DNA of 64,000 nucleotides, taken from NCBI GenBank assembly GCA_903862855.1, contig CAIOZW010000017.1:315-64314 (forward strand), read 5' to 3'. The first letter of the stretch is position 1, and every line of letters starts with the position of its first letter. Shown here piece after piece: positions 41,604 to 51,381 of the stretch. A model generated the notes under the pieces. That model ran no database searches. It saw only the letters and a list, made by a program, of their open reading frames with translations, and had not been told where the DNA came from. The position numbers and the translations under genes were made by a program. The DNA is from an uncultured Acidobacteriota bacterium. GTDB taxonomy: Bacteria; Acidobacteriota; Blastocatellia; RBC074.

Positions 41604-41614
41604 TAAACGAGGTA

Positions 41615-43087
41615 ATGTCGATGCAAACGAGACGATTTCGATACAATTTGCTGGGATTCTCCTTATTACTGCTGATCCTGACTGCGCTCTTTGTCGATCC
41701 CGGTGATGTCCGGGCACGGATCTCAAAACGGGCGAAGAGACCGACGGCGCTCGACCGTTACGTCGCAAGTCCCGATCCGGCATACTCCTACCGGCTCGTC
41801 TCGACCATAAGGACAGATGGCAAGACAGGTGGGAAGGGAGATGGTTTCACGACCTATGTTCTGCGGCTCACCTCTCAGCAGTGGCGAACACCCGCCGAGG
41901 TCGACCATCATATCTGGGAGCATTGGCTGACGATCGTTCAGCCCGACCTGGTTACCAATCCGACCGGTTTTCTCTTCATTTCCGGCGGATCGATCAACAG
42001 CAAGGCGCCCGGTAACCAGGTACCTGTCTTTACCGATATGGCCGTTCGCACCGGTTCGGTAGTGGCTGAGCTGCGAACCATCCCCAACGAACCGCTCCAG
42101 TTTGCTGATGAGAAGTTCAAGCGAAACGAGGACGCGATCATCGCCTACTCGTGGGAGAAGTTCATGAAGACCGGTGATGAGACCTGGCCGCTCCGCCTGC
42201 CCATGACCAAGGCAGCCGTCCGGGCCCTGGACACCATCACCGCCTTTGCCGGTTCGACAGATAATGGCAAGGCCGGAGCGAAGGTCGACCGATTCGTCGT
42301 CTCCGGAGGATCGAAACGTGGCTGGACCACCTGGACAACCGCAGCGGTCGATGACCGCGTCGTGGCGATCGTTCCCTATGTCATCGATTGCCTCAATCTT
42401 CAGGTTTCGATGGATCATCACTACCGGGCATATGGATTCTGGGCTCCAGCGGTCAGTGACTATCTGAAGATCTGGCCTTGGATCGGCACGCCCCAGTACC
42501 AAGCCCTGCTGAAGATCGAAGATCCATACGAGTATCGTGATCGTTTGACCATGCCCAAGCTGATCGTCAACTCGACCGGGGATCAGTTCTTCCTGCCCGA
42601 TTCATCGAAGTTCTATTTTGATGACCTCGAGGGCGAGAAGCACCTTCGATATATTCCAAATACCAGACATGACCTCAACAATTCCGATGCTACCCAGACC
42701 CTCGATGCCTTTTATGAAGCGGTCCTGACGGGCAGACCACGCCCGAGCTACAAGTGGAGATTCGAGAAGGATGGTTCGATCAGGGTCGAGACGAAGACAA
42801 AGCCGACCGAGGTTCGACTCTGGCAGGCGACCAACCCGAAGGCGCGCGACTTCCGCCTCGACATCATCGGCAAAGCATACCAGAGCGAGGTTCTTCAACC
42901 AGTTCGTGACGGACTCTACGTTGGTAGGATCAACAAACCAACCACCGGTTTCACGGCCTGGTTCATCGAGATGACCTATCCAATGGGTGGCAAGTATCCA
43001 CTCAAACTGACTACCGGAGTACGGGTCACTCCCGACATTCTTCCCCACCCGGCGTGGAAGAGTCCCGGGCAGCCATCCGGAGACTGA
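41615..43087 (+). CDS. Secreted PhoPQ-activated-pathogenicity-related (PqaA-like, COG4287-type) protein. The family assignment is tentative.
   Basis: 490 aa with a signal-anchor N-terminus. The overall length and motifs (FISGGSIN, VVSGGSKRGWTTW) resemble my recollection of the PhoPQ_related family. This needs HMM confirmation. Confidence 0.4.
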   Translation: MSMQTRRFRYNLLGFSLLLLILTALFVDPGDVRARISKRAKRPTALDRYVASPDPAYSYRLVSTIRTDGKTGGKGDGFTTYVLRLTSQQWRTPAEVDHHIWEHWLTIVQPDLVTNPTGFLFISGGSINSKAPGNQVPVFTDMAVRTGSVVAELRTIPNEPLQFADEKFKRNEDAIIAYSWEKFMKTGDETWPLRLPMTKAAVRALDTITAFAGSTDNGKAGAKVDRFVVSGGSKRGWTTWTTAAVDDRVVAIVPYVIDCLNLQVSMDHHYRAYGFWAPAVSDYLKIWPWIGTPQYQALLKIEDPYEYRDRLTMPKLIVNSTGDQFFLPDSSKFYFDDLEGEKHLRYIPNTRHDLNNSDATQTLDAFYEAVLTGRPRPSYKWRFEKDGSIRVETKTKPTEVRLWQATNPKARDFRLDIIGKAYQSEVLQPVRDGLYVGRINKPTTGFTAWFIEMTYPMGGKYPLKLTTGVRVTPDILPHPAWKSPGQPSGD

Positions 43088-43110
43088 TGACGTGAAGGCC
43101 GACCAGCCCC

Positions 43111-44835
43111 GTGGTTCAGTGGTTGCAGGAGGTTAATGAAATGGAACAGATTGAACGCGACACACTTGAAGTTGACGTCCTCTTTGTCGGCGCCGGGCCT
43201 GCGTCACTTGCCGGTGCCTACCATCTGCGAAAGCTGATCGATCGATACAACGCAGACCATTCCGACGGGCTCGGTGAGATATCGATCGCCGTGATCGAAA
43301 AGGGACGAGAGGTCGGCTCCCATACCATCTCTGGTGCGGTAATGGATATGGGGCCATTCAGCGAGCTGCTGCCCGACTGGAAAGAACGTGGTGCGCCGGT
43401 CGAAGCCGAAGTGGCGGACGAGGAGGTTGCCTACCTGACCCGCCGTAGCAAGTTCAGACTTCCGATAGTTCCACCGCCACTTCGCAATCACGGCAAATAT
43501 GTCGTTTCGCTCAACCGTCTGATTCGCTGGTTTGCTCCAATTGTCGAGGCGGCAGATGTCATGCTTCTCCCCGAATTTCCGGGGGCTGAGCTGCTCTACG
43601 ATGAGTCTGACCGGGTGATTGGCGTGCGGACGGGTGACAAGGGGGTCGGTCGTGATGGTGAACGGCGGGAGACATTCCAGCCCGGGGCCGACATCTTTGC
43701 CAAGGTGACGGTACTGGGTGAAGGTTCACGCGGCTCCCTGGCCAAGAAACATATCAGTCGTCTCAAGCTCGACGAGGGGCGTAATCCCCAGGTCTATGCC
43801 ATAGGGGTAAAAGAGATCTGGGAGCTCCCCAAAGGAAGAGTCAAACCGGGCTTTGTCATGCACACGCTTGGGTACCCTCTTCCCAACAATATCTTCGGCG
43901 GGAGCTTCGTCTATGGGATGCAGAACGACCTGCTCGACATCGGTCTGGTGGTCGGTCTCGACTATGCCGATCCCTTCACCGATCCACATCAGCTCTTCAA
44001 TCGGTTCAAACAACACCCGGCAATCGCGGCACTTCTCGAGGGTGGGCGAATGCTCCACTACGGTGCCAAGAGCCTGCCGGAAGGCGGGCTCCTCTCACAA
44101 CCCAAATACCATGGTGACGGATTTCTGATGATTGGCGACAGTGCGAGTTTTCTAAACTCGCAGAAACTGAAGGGAATCCACACCGCCATGCAGTCGGGAA
44201 TGCTTGCCGGCGAGACGATCTTCGAAGCGCTTCTGGCCGGAAGGTTCGATGACTCACAGCTCTCGCGGTTTGCCGCGAAGGTGAAGGCAAGCCCTCTCCA
44301 CCGTGAACTCTACGAGGTACGAAACTCACACCAGGGTTTTCGCCACGGTCGTCTCTGGGGACTCTTCGAGAATGGCATTCAGTTTGCCACACGGGGAATG
44401 GGCCTCCTTGGTGATCTGGAGACCGAACCGGGCCACGAGAAGATGCGCAAACTCCACGTCTTCAATCGCCTGCCCCGTCGTCAGGGTGAGTATATCCAGG
44501 CTGATCAACCGCGCCCCGACAATCGACTCACCTTTGACAAGGTCTCGGATGTCTACCGCTCGGGAACCGAACATGGCGAGGACCAGCCACCACATCTGAA
44601 GATCATCGATCCGGATATCTGCATCGATCGCTGCACGACCGAGTATGGCAATCCCTGCCAGTACTTCTGTCCAGCTGCCGTCTATGAGATTGAGGAGGTC
44701 GAGGGCGGGCGACGACCCAAGATCAACTTCTCAAACTGCGTCCACTGCAAGACCTGCGACATCATCGACCCTTACCAGATCATCGACTGGGTGACTCCGG
44801 AGGGGGGAGGTGGTCCGGACTACATCAATCTGTAG
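43111..44835 (+). CDS. Electron-transfer-flavoprotein:ubiquinone oxidoreductase (a FixC-FixX-like fusion)
   Basis: The FAD Rossmann motif VDVLFVGAGPASLAGA, and a C-terminal 4Fe-4S ferredoxin motif (CIDRCTTEYGNPCQYFCPAAVYE...CVHCKTCDIIDP). Confidence 0.85.
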   Translation: MVQWLQEVNEMEQIERDTLEVDVLFVGAGPASLAGAYHLRKLIDRYNADHSDGLGEISIAVIEKGREVGSHTISGAVMDMGPFSELLPDWKERGAPVEAEVADEEVAYLTRRSKFRLPIVPPPLRNHGKYVVSLNRLIRWFAPIVEAADVMLLPEFPGAELLYDESDRVIGVRTGDKGVGRDGERRETFQPGADIFAKVTVLGEGSRGSLAKKHISRLKLDEGRNPQVYAIGVKEIWELPKGRVKPGFVMHTLGYPLPNNIFGGSFVYGMQNDLLDIGLVVGLDYADPFTDPHQLFNRFKQHPAIAALLEGGRMLHYGAKSLPEGGLLSQPKYHGDGFLMIGDSASFLNSQKLKGIHTAMQSGMLAGETIFEALLAGRFDDSQLSRFAAKVKASPLHRELYEVRNSHQGFRHGRLWGLFENGIQFATRGMGLLGDLETEPGHEKMRKLHVFNRLPRRQGEYIQADQPRPDNRLTFDKVSDVYRSGTEHGEDQPPHLKIIDPDICIDRCTTEYGNPCQYFCPAAVYEIEEVEGGRRPKINFSNCVHCKTCDIIDPYQIIDWVTPEGGGGPDYINL

Positions 44836-45288
44836 CCACCCCTCTCTCAACGATGGTCTTTCGACACCACCGGAATTCAATTCCTGACCAGAGCTCACCC
44901 GGGCCATTGGAGAGTTGTTGAAATGAGTGAGTACAGACTGGTGGTGCGGGATGAGGACCACAATTTTCGACGCCCCCTGCCAAATTGCAGAGACCATCGG
45001 TACTGCATAGCCAGAGGCGATGTGAAAAGAGCCTGAAACAATCGAGCGATAACAGGCCAGACCGGCAGAACGCCCGGCGAGAAATTTCTGACTGCTCATA
45101 CCTCAAAGTCCCCTCAGGGCCAGTATCCACTGAAGAGTTATCTCAGTGGAGATTCACCATACCTGTGCTCAACTTTGACTCAAACTGACTGATCTGTCGA
45201 TCGACTCGTTTTGCCATTCACGACGCTTCGCGTTACTCTTAATTTCTTATCTTAAAAGTGATCGATCAATTTGAGGAGTCGCCAGCTT

Positions 45289-47334
45289 ATGAAAGTCAGA
45301 CATGGTCAACCGGGTCTTATTGCCCTCCTGATCCTGGGAATCCTTGCCACCACCAGCGGTGGACAGGGACTCAATCCGGTCAGATTCGATGCGCGAACTG
45401 AACCGGCGGAAATAGCACCTGGAATGAGGGCGCGGATTATCCTGACCGCAACGATCGACCAATCCTGGCACCTCTACTCGCTGACCCAGCCAGCCGGAGG
45501 GCCACGCCCGACACGAATCGTCATCGACGAGAGCAGCCCGGTCACGCTGGTTGGGACTCCGCAGCAGCCACGCCCCCGCATCGCCCCAGATCCAAACTTC
45601 TCGACTCCCGGACAGCCCCCTTTCATGACTGAAACCTTTGAGAAGAGAGTGGACTTCACGCTCGATGTCGAGGTCAAACCGACGGCACCGGCCGGACCTG
45701 GAAAGGTTCTGCTCAAGGTAAGCTTCCAGGCCTGTGACGACCACCAGTGCCTCCCCCCGCGCACTCGACCGATCGAGGTCGACCTGACTGTCACCAGCAG
45801 CACCCGGTCGCGTGGCGGTGATCCCCTGCTCTCAATTCTCGGTTCAACCAGCCAGAAAATGGGCCCAGCGGTGGCGTCACCAGGTGCTGAAAGACCAGGA
45901 CTCACAGCACCGACACCATCGACCTCACCCGCAACCATCGAGATGCCCGCTGCTTCCGGTTCTGCAGATTCAGTCCCTGCCGGCTCCCGCGATGAGCGCC
46001 GCCGTGGTCTTCTTGGCTATATCATCTTTGCCATGAGCGTTGGATTCCTCTCGCTCCTCACACCCTGTGTCTTCCCGATGATCCCCATCACCGTCTCATT
46101 CTTTACCAAGAAGGAGGAGCGCTCGACGGGTGAGGCAATCCGGCAGGCGACCATCTACTGCCTTGGCATCATCCTCACCTTCACCGGTCTCGGCCTCGCC
46201 CTGACCTTTGTGGCTGGACCGGCCGGGATCAACCGCGTCGCGGCAAGCCCGTGGATGAACATCTTTCTGACCACACTCTTTGTTGTCTTTGCCCTCAATC
46301 TCTTCGGTCTTTTTGAAATACAGATTCCAACCCGCCTGCTCAACCAGCTCGATCAGAAGACCCGCTCCGGCACCACGGCGGCCACTCTGCTCATGGGTCT
46401 GACCTTCACTCTGACCTCCTTCACCTGCACGGCGGCTTTTGTCGGGACGGTTCTGGTAGCCGTTACCCAGGGGGAATGGTTCTGGCCCACCGTTGGCATG
46501 CTCTCCTTCTCGACCGCCTTTGCACTGCCTTTCTTTCTGCTGGCCCTCTTTCCCAGATATCTCCAGTCACTTCCACAGTCAGGTGGCTGGCTCAACAGTG
46601 TCAAAGTGGTCATGGGCTTCCTTGAGCTGGGCGCCGCCTTCAAATTTCTGAGTAATGTCGACCTCGTCTGGGGATGGAATACCATCTCGCGCAACCTCGT
46701 CCTTGCGGCCTGGATTGCCATCTGTCTCATCACCGCGCTCTACCTGCTCGGCAAGTTTCTGCTTCCCCTCGACTCACCTGTCTCTCGACTGAGCGTCGGG
46801 CGAATGCTCGCCGCAACCTTCTTTCTTGGACTGGCCTTCTATTTTCTGACCGGTCTGTTTGGCGGAAATCTTGGAGAGTGGGAGGCGATGCTCCCACCAG
46901 CTCCCCACTCGGCATCCTCTGTCCGTTCCGGCTCTGAGGATTCTGCATCAGCCGAGTGGATCGAGGATTACGACGAAGCCCTCACCATCGCCGCCCGCGA
47001 GAATCGTCCGGTCTTCATCAACTTCACCGGAGTCACCTGCACCAACTGCCGGTGGATGGAGAGCAATATGTTCACCCTCTCCGAGGTCGAACAGGAACTC
47101 TCAGGTTTCGTTCGCACCGAGCTCTATACCGATCGCGAAACACCGGGCGATGAGAGGAATGGGCAGCTCCAGGCCGAAAAGTTTCAGACTGTCGCCCTCC
47201 CACTCTATGCGATTGTCGACCCGAGAGGTAAGCCGCTTGCCAGCTTTGCCGGTCTGACTCGCGACAAGTCCGAGTTTCTCAGCTTTATCAGGCAGGGTGC
47301 GGCACTTTATGCCGGCTCAAAATCCTTGAATTGA
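45289..47334 (+). CDS. dsbD: Thiol:disulfide interchange protein DsbD (N-terminal DsbD-alpha domain, CcdA-like TM core, C-terminal thioredoxin)
   Basis: LTPCVFPMIPITVSFF is the DsbD/CcdA TM Cys motif, and INFTGVTCTNCRWME is the thioredoxin CxxC. The ATG at 45289 has a GAGGAG RBS. The track used an upstream TTG. Confidence 0.8.
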   Translation: MKVRHGQPGLIALLILGILATTSGGQGLNPVRFDARTEPAEIAPGMRARIILTATIDQSWHLYSLTQPAGGPRPTRIVIDESSPVTLVGTPQQPRPRIAPDPNFSTPGQPPFMTETFEKRVDFTLDVEVKPTAPAGPGKVLLKVSFQACDDHQCLPPRTRPIEVDLTVTSSTRSRGGDPLLSILGSTSQKMGPAVASPGAERPGLTAPTPSTSPATIEMPAASGSADSVPAGSRDERRRGLLGYIIFAMSVGFLSLLTPCVFPMIPITVSFFTKKEERSTGEAIRQATIYCLGIILTFTGLGLALTFVAGPAGINRVAASPWMNIFLTTLFVVFALNLFGLFEIQIPTRLLNQLDQKTRSGTTAATLLMGLTFTLTSFTCTAAFVGTVLVAVTQGEWFWPTVGMLSFSTAFALPFFLLALFPRYLQSLPQSGGWLNSVKVVMGFLELGAAFKFLSNVDLVWGWNTISRNLVLAAWIAICLITALYLLGKFLLPLDSPVSRLSVGRMLAATFFLGLAFYFLTGLFGGNLGEWEAMLPPAPHSASSVRSGSEDSASAEWIEDYDEALTIAARENRPVFINFTGVTCTNCRWMESNMFTLSEVEQELSGFVRTELYTDRETPGDERNGQLQAEKFQTVALPLYAIVDPRGKPLASFAGLTRDKSEFLSFIRQGAALYAGSKSLN

Positions 47335-47429
47335 AGGGTTATCCGGGCTAGAATGCTTTTTTGCGTCTGACTGGTGCTGCCCATTCGTATGGGCAGCCAC
47401 ACTAAAATCTGCATTGGAGTTACTCGGCT

Positions 47430-49454
47430 ATGCTACGGTTCTTCTCTAAATTCCAACGTTCACGCAACATCGTGCTGCTTTCATTCAGCCTCCTCCTTCT
47501 GGTGGGTCTGGTTATCTTCTACATTCCTAATACTCCCCTCAATCCGGATGGACAATCCGTAACGAACACGGCAGACGGGGATGATGAGGTCGTGGCTGAG
47601 GTTGGATCAAAAGAGATTCTGATGCGCGAGTACCGCACCCAATTGCAGGCGATGGCACTCCAGTATGGCCGGGGAAACAGCCTGCCACTTCCGGCGATGA
47701 AGAGCCTTGGTCTCGACAAACAGGTTCTCGACAGCCTGATCAATAACCGCCTTCTGCTCGATCAGGCAGAGTCGCTCAATCTCACTGGAACGGATCGCGA
47801 GATCGCCCAGACAATCAGAACCACCTTTGTCGACAATGATGGCAAGTTCATCGGTGCGGAAGAGTACAAGCGCCGACTGCGGCTCCAGGGGACCGAGATC
47901 GAGCGCTTCGAAGAGCAGGAGCGGAACCGCATCAGCGAGACCAAGGTCCGCGACTACATTACAACCGGCATCTTCGTCTCCGATCGTGAGATCGAGCAGC
48001 GTTTCATATCGAATAACACCAAAATCGACCTCGTCTATGCTGTCTTCGACATCGAGAAGATCCGCAAGACCTACCAGCCGACCGAGCAGGATCTGCGCGC
48101 CTACTATGATTCACACCAGGCCGATTTCAAGGCCAATGATCCGACCCGTCAGGTCAACTATCTCTTCATCTCGACCGACGATGCAGCAAAGATCGTCCCG
48201 GTCTCCGACGATGAGCTGCGCGCCGAGTATGAAACGAACAAGCAGGTTGAACTGCGGGCTAGCGTTATCAGACTCGACGTGCTGACCCCGGCTGATGAAG
48301 ATCCGGTTCGGGCAAAGATCGAGGCTTTGAACCAGCGGGTTCGCGGATCGAAGGATGCCCCTGGCGAGGACTTCGCGACTGTCGCGCGTGGCAATTCCCA
48401 GGATCCGACCAGTAGTAAGGGTGGTGACCTCGGCTGGATCAAGAAGGATGCCAACAAATCATCAGACTGGAGACAGCGTCCTTATTCGAATGCAATCAAG
48501 GTCGGTTCGATCGATGGACCGTTCCGCGATGGCCGCAGCTGGTACATCATGAAGGTGACAGAGGAGCGCGATGTTCCATTCGAGCAGATGCGCCAGACCC
48601 TTCGGGCAACGGTCAGCAACAACAAGGCCTTCCAGAAGGCCTCGCAGCTCGCCGATCTCGCCTATGAAAAAGCGACCGAATTCAACGACCTCGCCAAAGC
48701 GGCAGATGTTCTGGCCAAAGAGCTGAAGGTTGCACCGGGAACCATGCTCAGATCGACTCCGTACTTCAAGGCGGGGGATCCTCTTCCAACACTGGGCAAG
48801 GGAGCCGGCTTTGCCAGTAACCCGGCCTTTGAGGAGGCGGTCTCGACCCTCAAAAAGGGAGAGATTGGCGACAAGGTAAGCATCCCGGGTGGGCAGGCGA
48901 TACCACTTCTGGTCGATCAGGTTGGTAATGGTCAGCAGCTCACCTTTGAGCAGGCTCGGAACCAGGTCGAGGACAAGCTGCGTCGTGAGCAGGAGCCGCT
49001 TCTTGTCAAGAGCCGGGCAGAGGCTCTGTTGGCAAAGGCCACAACACCTGCTGAGCTCGAGCAGCTTGCCAAGGCACAGGGACTCGAGATCAGCAATGAT
49101 ACGAACTTCGACAATTATCGCTTCCCAGGGGCGACCGGCAGCCGTAACAGCAGCTCCTACCAGGCCAAGCAGCTTGCCCAGCAGCTGAAGGAGGGTGAGG
49201 TTGCCAAGGCTCCTCTTCGTGCCGGGACTGCATACATTGTCTATGCAGCAAAGAAGCGTGTTGAAGCAGATCTCTCCCAGATGCCCGGACAGAAGTCGAT
49301 GATCCGTTCGACCGTCCTTGGTGAGTTGCGCAATGCCTCAATCGATGCCTTCATCAAGGGTATGCGCATGCGTTACGAGAAAGAGGGTCGATTGAAGATC
49401 AAGCAGGAGCTGATCGACAAGATGTTCGCCGAGACTCCGAATCCTGCTCCATAG
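47430..49454 (+). CDS. ppiD: Periplasmic chaperone/peptidyl-prolyl isomerase, PpiD/SurA-like
   Basis: An N-terminal TM anchor, a SurA-like N-domain, and a PpiC-type rotamase region (GGDLGWIKKDANKSSDW). Confidence 0.7.
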   Translation: MLRFFSKFQRSRNIVLLSFSLLLLVGLVIFYIPNTPLNPDGQSVTNTADGDDEVVAEVGSKEILMREYRTQLQAMALQYGRGNSLPLPAMKSLGLDKQVLDSLINNRLLLDQAESLNLTGTDREIAQTIRTTFVDNDGKFIGAEEYKRRLRLQGTEIERFEEQERNRISETKVRDYITTGIFVSDREIEQRFISNNTKIDLVYAVFDIEKIRKTYQPTEQDLRAYYDSHQADFKANDPTRQVNYLFISTDDAAKIVPVSDDELRAEYETNKQVELRASVIRLDVLTPADEDPVRAKIEALNQRVRGSKDAPGEDFATVARGNSQDPTSSKGGDLGWIKKDANKSSDWRQRPYSNAIKVGSIDGPFRDGRSWYIMKVTEERDVPFEQMRQTLRATVSNNKAFQKASQLADLAYEKATEFNDLAKAADVLAKELKVAPGTMLRSTPYFKAGDPLPTLGKGAGFASNPAFEEAVSTLKKGEIGDKVSIPGGQAIPLLVDQVGNGQQLTFEQARNQVEDKLRREQEPLLVKSRAEALLAKATTPAELEQLAKAQGLEISNDTNFDNYRFPGATGSRNSSSYQAKQLAQQLKEGEVAKAPLRAGTAYIVYAAKKRVEADLSQMPGQKSMIRSTVLGELRNASIDAFIKGMRMRYEKEGRLKIKQELIDKMFAETPNPAP

Positions 49455-49480
49455 TGTCGAGAGCAGTCAGCACAGAAAGA

Positions 49481-49528
49481 GAGAGGCGGAAGAGTGGTCA
49501 ATTAGACTCTTCCGCCTCTCTCTTTTTA
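49481..49528 (+). terminator. Rho-independent terminator with a partially duplicated 3' arm
   Basis: gagaggcggaaga...tcttccgcctctc forms a 13-bp stem and is followed by tcttttt. A second copy, ttccgcctctctttttaaaa, sits at 49531-49550. Confidence 0.6.
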
Positions 49529-49649
49529 TCTTCCGCCTCTCTTTTTAAAAGTTACACCTGTCGAACTGTGAAAAAGCAGGCGTCTCTACTCTGTCGTCGA
49601 AGATGATTGCAGATCCGAGCTAACGTGATCGACATCAAACATGATCTTC

Positions 49650-50669
49650 TCAGGACTTCTTTGATGACATCTGCTCGATAAAACTCGAAGGCAGAGCGAT
49701 CTTCAGTGCGACATCGCGATCCTTAACCGAGATCCTGACCTGATTGATGATGGCGGTCAGATTTGGATCACCGCTGGCGAGCAGGACACGGCCAAGATTG
49801 ACCAGGCCCTTGAGCCCCTGCTCGAGTTCCTGAGCATCCCTTGTGGTTGGGGTGCGCATGACAGCGTTGAGTGAGAGGGCAAGATCCGCTCCGACGCCCA
49901 GATCACCAACGAGCACACTGACGGCGGCGATCGATTTGAAAAGATCGCCCTGTGAGCTTGCCGCCTCACGCATCTCGGGTGAGAGGATAAAGGCAAAACG
50001 GATCATGCTGGCTGGGTTTGCCTCGCGAAGTGCAGTGGCCTGAACACCTGCTGGGGGAGCCGGCTTGAGTCGACGCTCAATGGCCTGTCGAACTCTGGAG
50101 AGTTCACCGATTACAATGCGCCCTTCGCCAAGTGAGGCATATGAGATATCGGAAGTGTTGATCGATAGTGGCCCGAGTGCAGGAGCTTGAGGCGGACTGG
50201 CAAGCGTCAGAATGGTCACCCCTTCGTGGACAAGTGACCTGTACTCGACCTGGTACCCTTTGAGCAGGCCCTCGACCTTCTTCTGATCCGGATCAGCCCC
50301 TTCGATCAGAACCAGGCCTGAGGCAGCAAAGGATTCGAGGGTGATGGAGAAGACTGCCCGACGCAGTTGTTTTGGCTCGATACCAAGAGCCGTGGCGATT
50401 CTGTTAAGCTCGGCGGCAAGAGACGATGCCCCCTTGACCCCAAGTTTGTCGAGACGCGGCAGGAGGTCGACCAGGAGTGATGGCAGATCGACCACTCCCA
50501 CCAGATCTGCCGGGGGAAGAAGAGCCAGCAGCCGTTCATCCTGAGCGGCCAACGCCGGCTGGCCATCCGAATTTTGAGAAGCGGCAGGAGCACCCTGCCA
50601 CTCAACGCCTCCCCGCACCGGGGTAAGCATCGACAAGACGATTAACATAAATGTTGAAACTCTTCTCAT
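49650..50669 (-). CDS. Hypothetical secreted protein
   Basis: The start is chosen at MRRVSTFMLIVLSMLTPVRG (signal peptide). I recognise no family. The track ORF extends to 50744. Confidence 0.45.
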   Translation of the reverse strand: MRRVSTFMLIVLSMLTPVRGGVEWQGAPAASQNSDGQPALAAQDERLLALLPPADLVGVVDLPSLLVDLLPRLDKLGVKGASSLAAELNRIATALGIEPKQLRRAVFSITLESFAASGLVLIEGADPDQKKVEGLLKGYQVEYRSLVHEGVTILTLASPPQAPALGPLSINTSDISYASLGEGRIVIGELSRVRQAIERRLKPAPPAGVQATALREANPASMIRFAFILSPEMREAASSQGDLFKSIAAVSVLVGDLGVGADLALSLNAVMRTPTTRDAQELEQGLKGLVNLGRVLLASGDPNLTAIINQVRISVKDRDVALKIALPSSFIEQMSSKKS

Positions 50670-50756
50670 TACATCCCTCTCTTGTAAAGGCGGCCACCTT
50701 GTCCGATAGTTGACTCGGGGGCCAGGTTCGCTCAGCATGGGCAAAGCTGCTTACAG

Positions 50757-51359
50757 TTGGTGATTATAGCAGACGATCGAGAAAGAGGTTCGTCACTGAT
50801 GGATCTGATACAGGGTAAATCTGAGTGGGTGATTCTCTCCTGTGAAACTGAATCGATGTTGGAGAGCCTTCTGCAACGGCTCGAGGGGGTAGGAGTCCGA
50901 CCGGAGAGGCTGACGCTGATCAGGGTCGAGCGAGAACCTACCGACCGCACCTGGAATCTGACAACACCGATTTTGCCACATCGGGGTCAGGATCGGTCCG
51001 CTCATTTGCCCTCGATCGTTATTGAGACCTGGAGGTGGCACTCAATCCTCTGGGGGCTGATCAGCGCCTTAACCGGCCTTCCGATCATCATGATGATCAG
51101 ACTGGCTCTCGGTCTTGGCCGACTTCCGACCGTCAGCCTTCTCCTCCTGATCATGCTGCTTTTTGTGGGTGGATCGCTCGGCCCAATTATTCTGACCGCC
51201 TCCCGCCGGAAGGGTCAACCTGACCAGAAGACCTCAGGCTTGATTGAAGAGCGAACGAAAGAGAGAGTCGAACCACTCCTGATCGGGATGAAAATTGCTT
51301 TGAATGAGATTGACCAGGTCAATAAAATTGCCGGTGAGGTCATCTCCAGACGGATCTGA
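50757..51359 (+). CDS. Hypothetical small membrane protein (2 predicted TM helices)
   Basis: The ORF has typical GC. The hydrophobic stretches are ILWGLISALTGLPIIMMIRLAL and VSLLLLIMLLFVGGSLGPIIL. There are no recognisable motifs. Confidence 0.35.
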   Translation: MVIIADDRERGSSLMDLIQGKSEWVILSCETESMLESLLQRLEGVGVRPERLTLIRVEREPTDRTWNLTTPILPHRGQDRSAHLPSIVIETWRWHSILWGLISALTGLPIIMMIRLALGLGRLPTVSLLLLIMLLFVGGSLGPIILTASRRKGQPDQKTSGLIEERTKERVEPLLIGMKIALNEIDQVNKIAGEVISRRI

Positions 51360-51381
51360 TCGACACAATTGGATTTAAACC

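Noticed and set aside
47378-47399. Stem-loop gctgccca-ttcgta-tgggcagc upstream of ppiD
   Set aside because: It is a perfect 8-bp hairpin, but it has no T-tract on either strand and sits in the promoter region. It is most likely an incidental or minor structure and not a terminator or an RNA gene.
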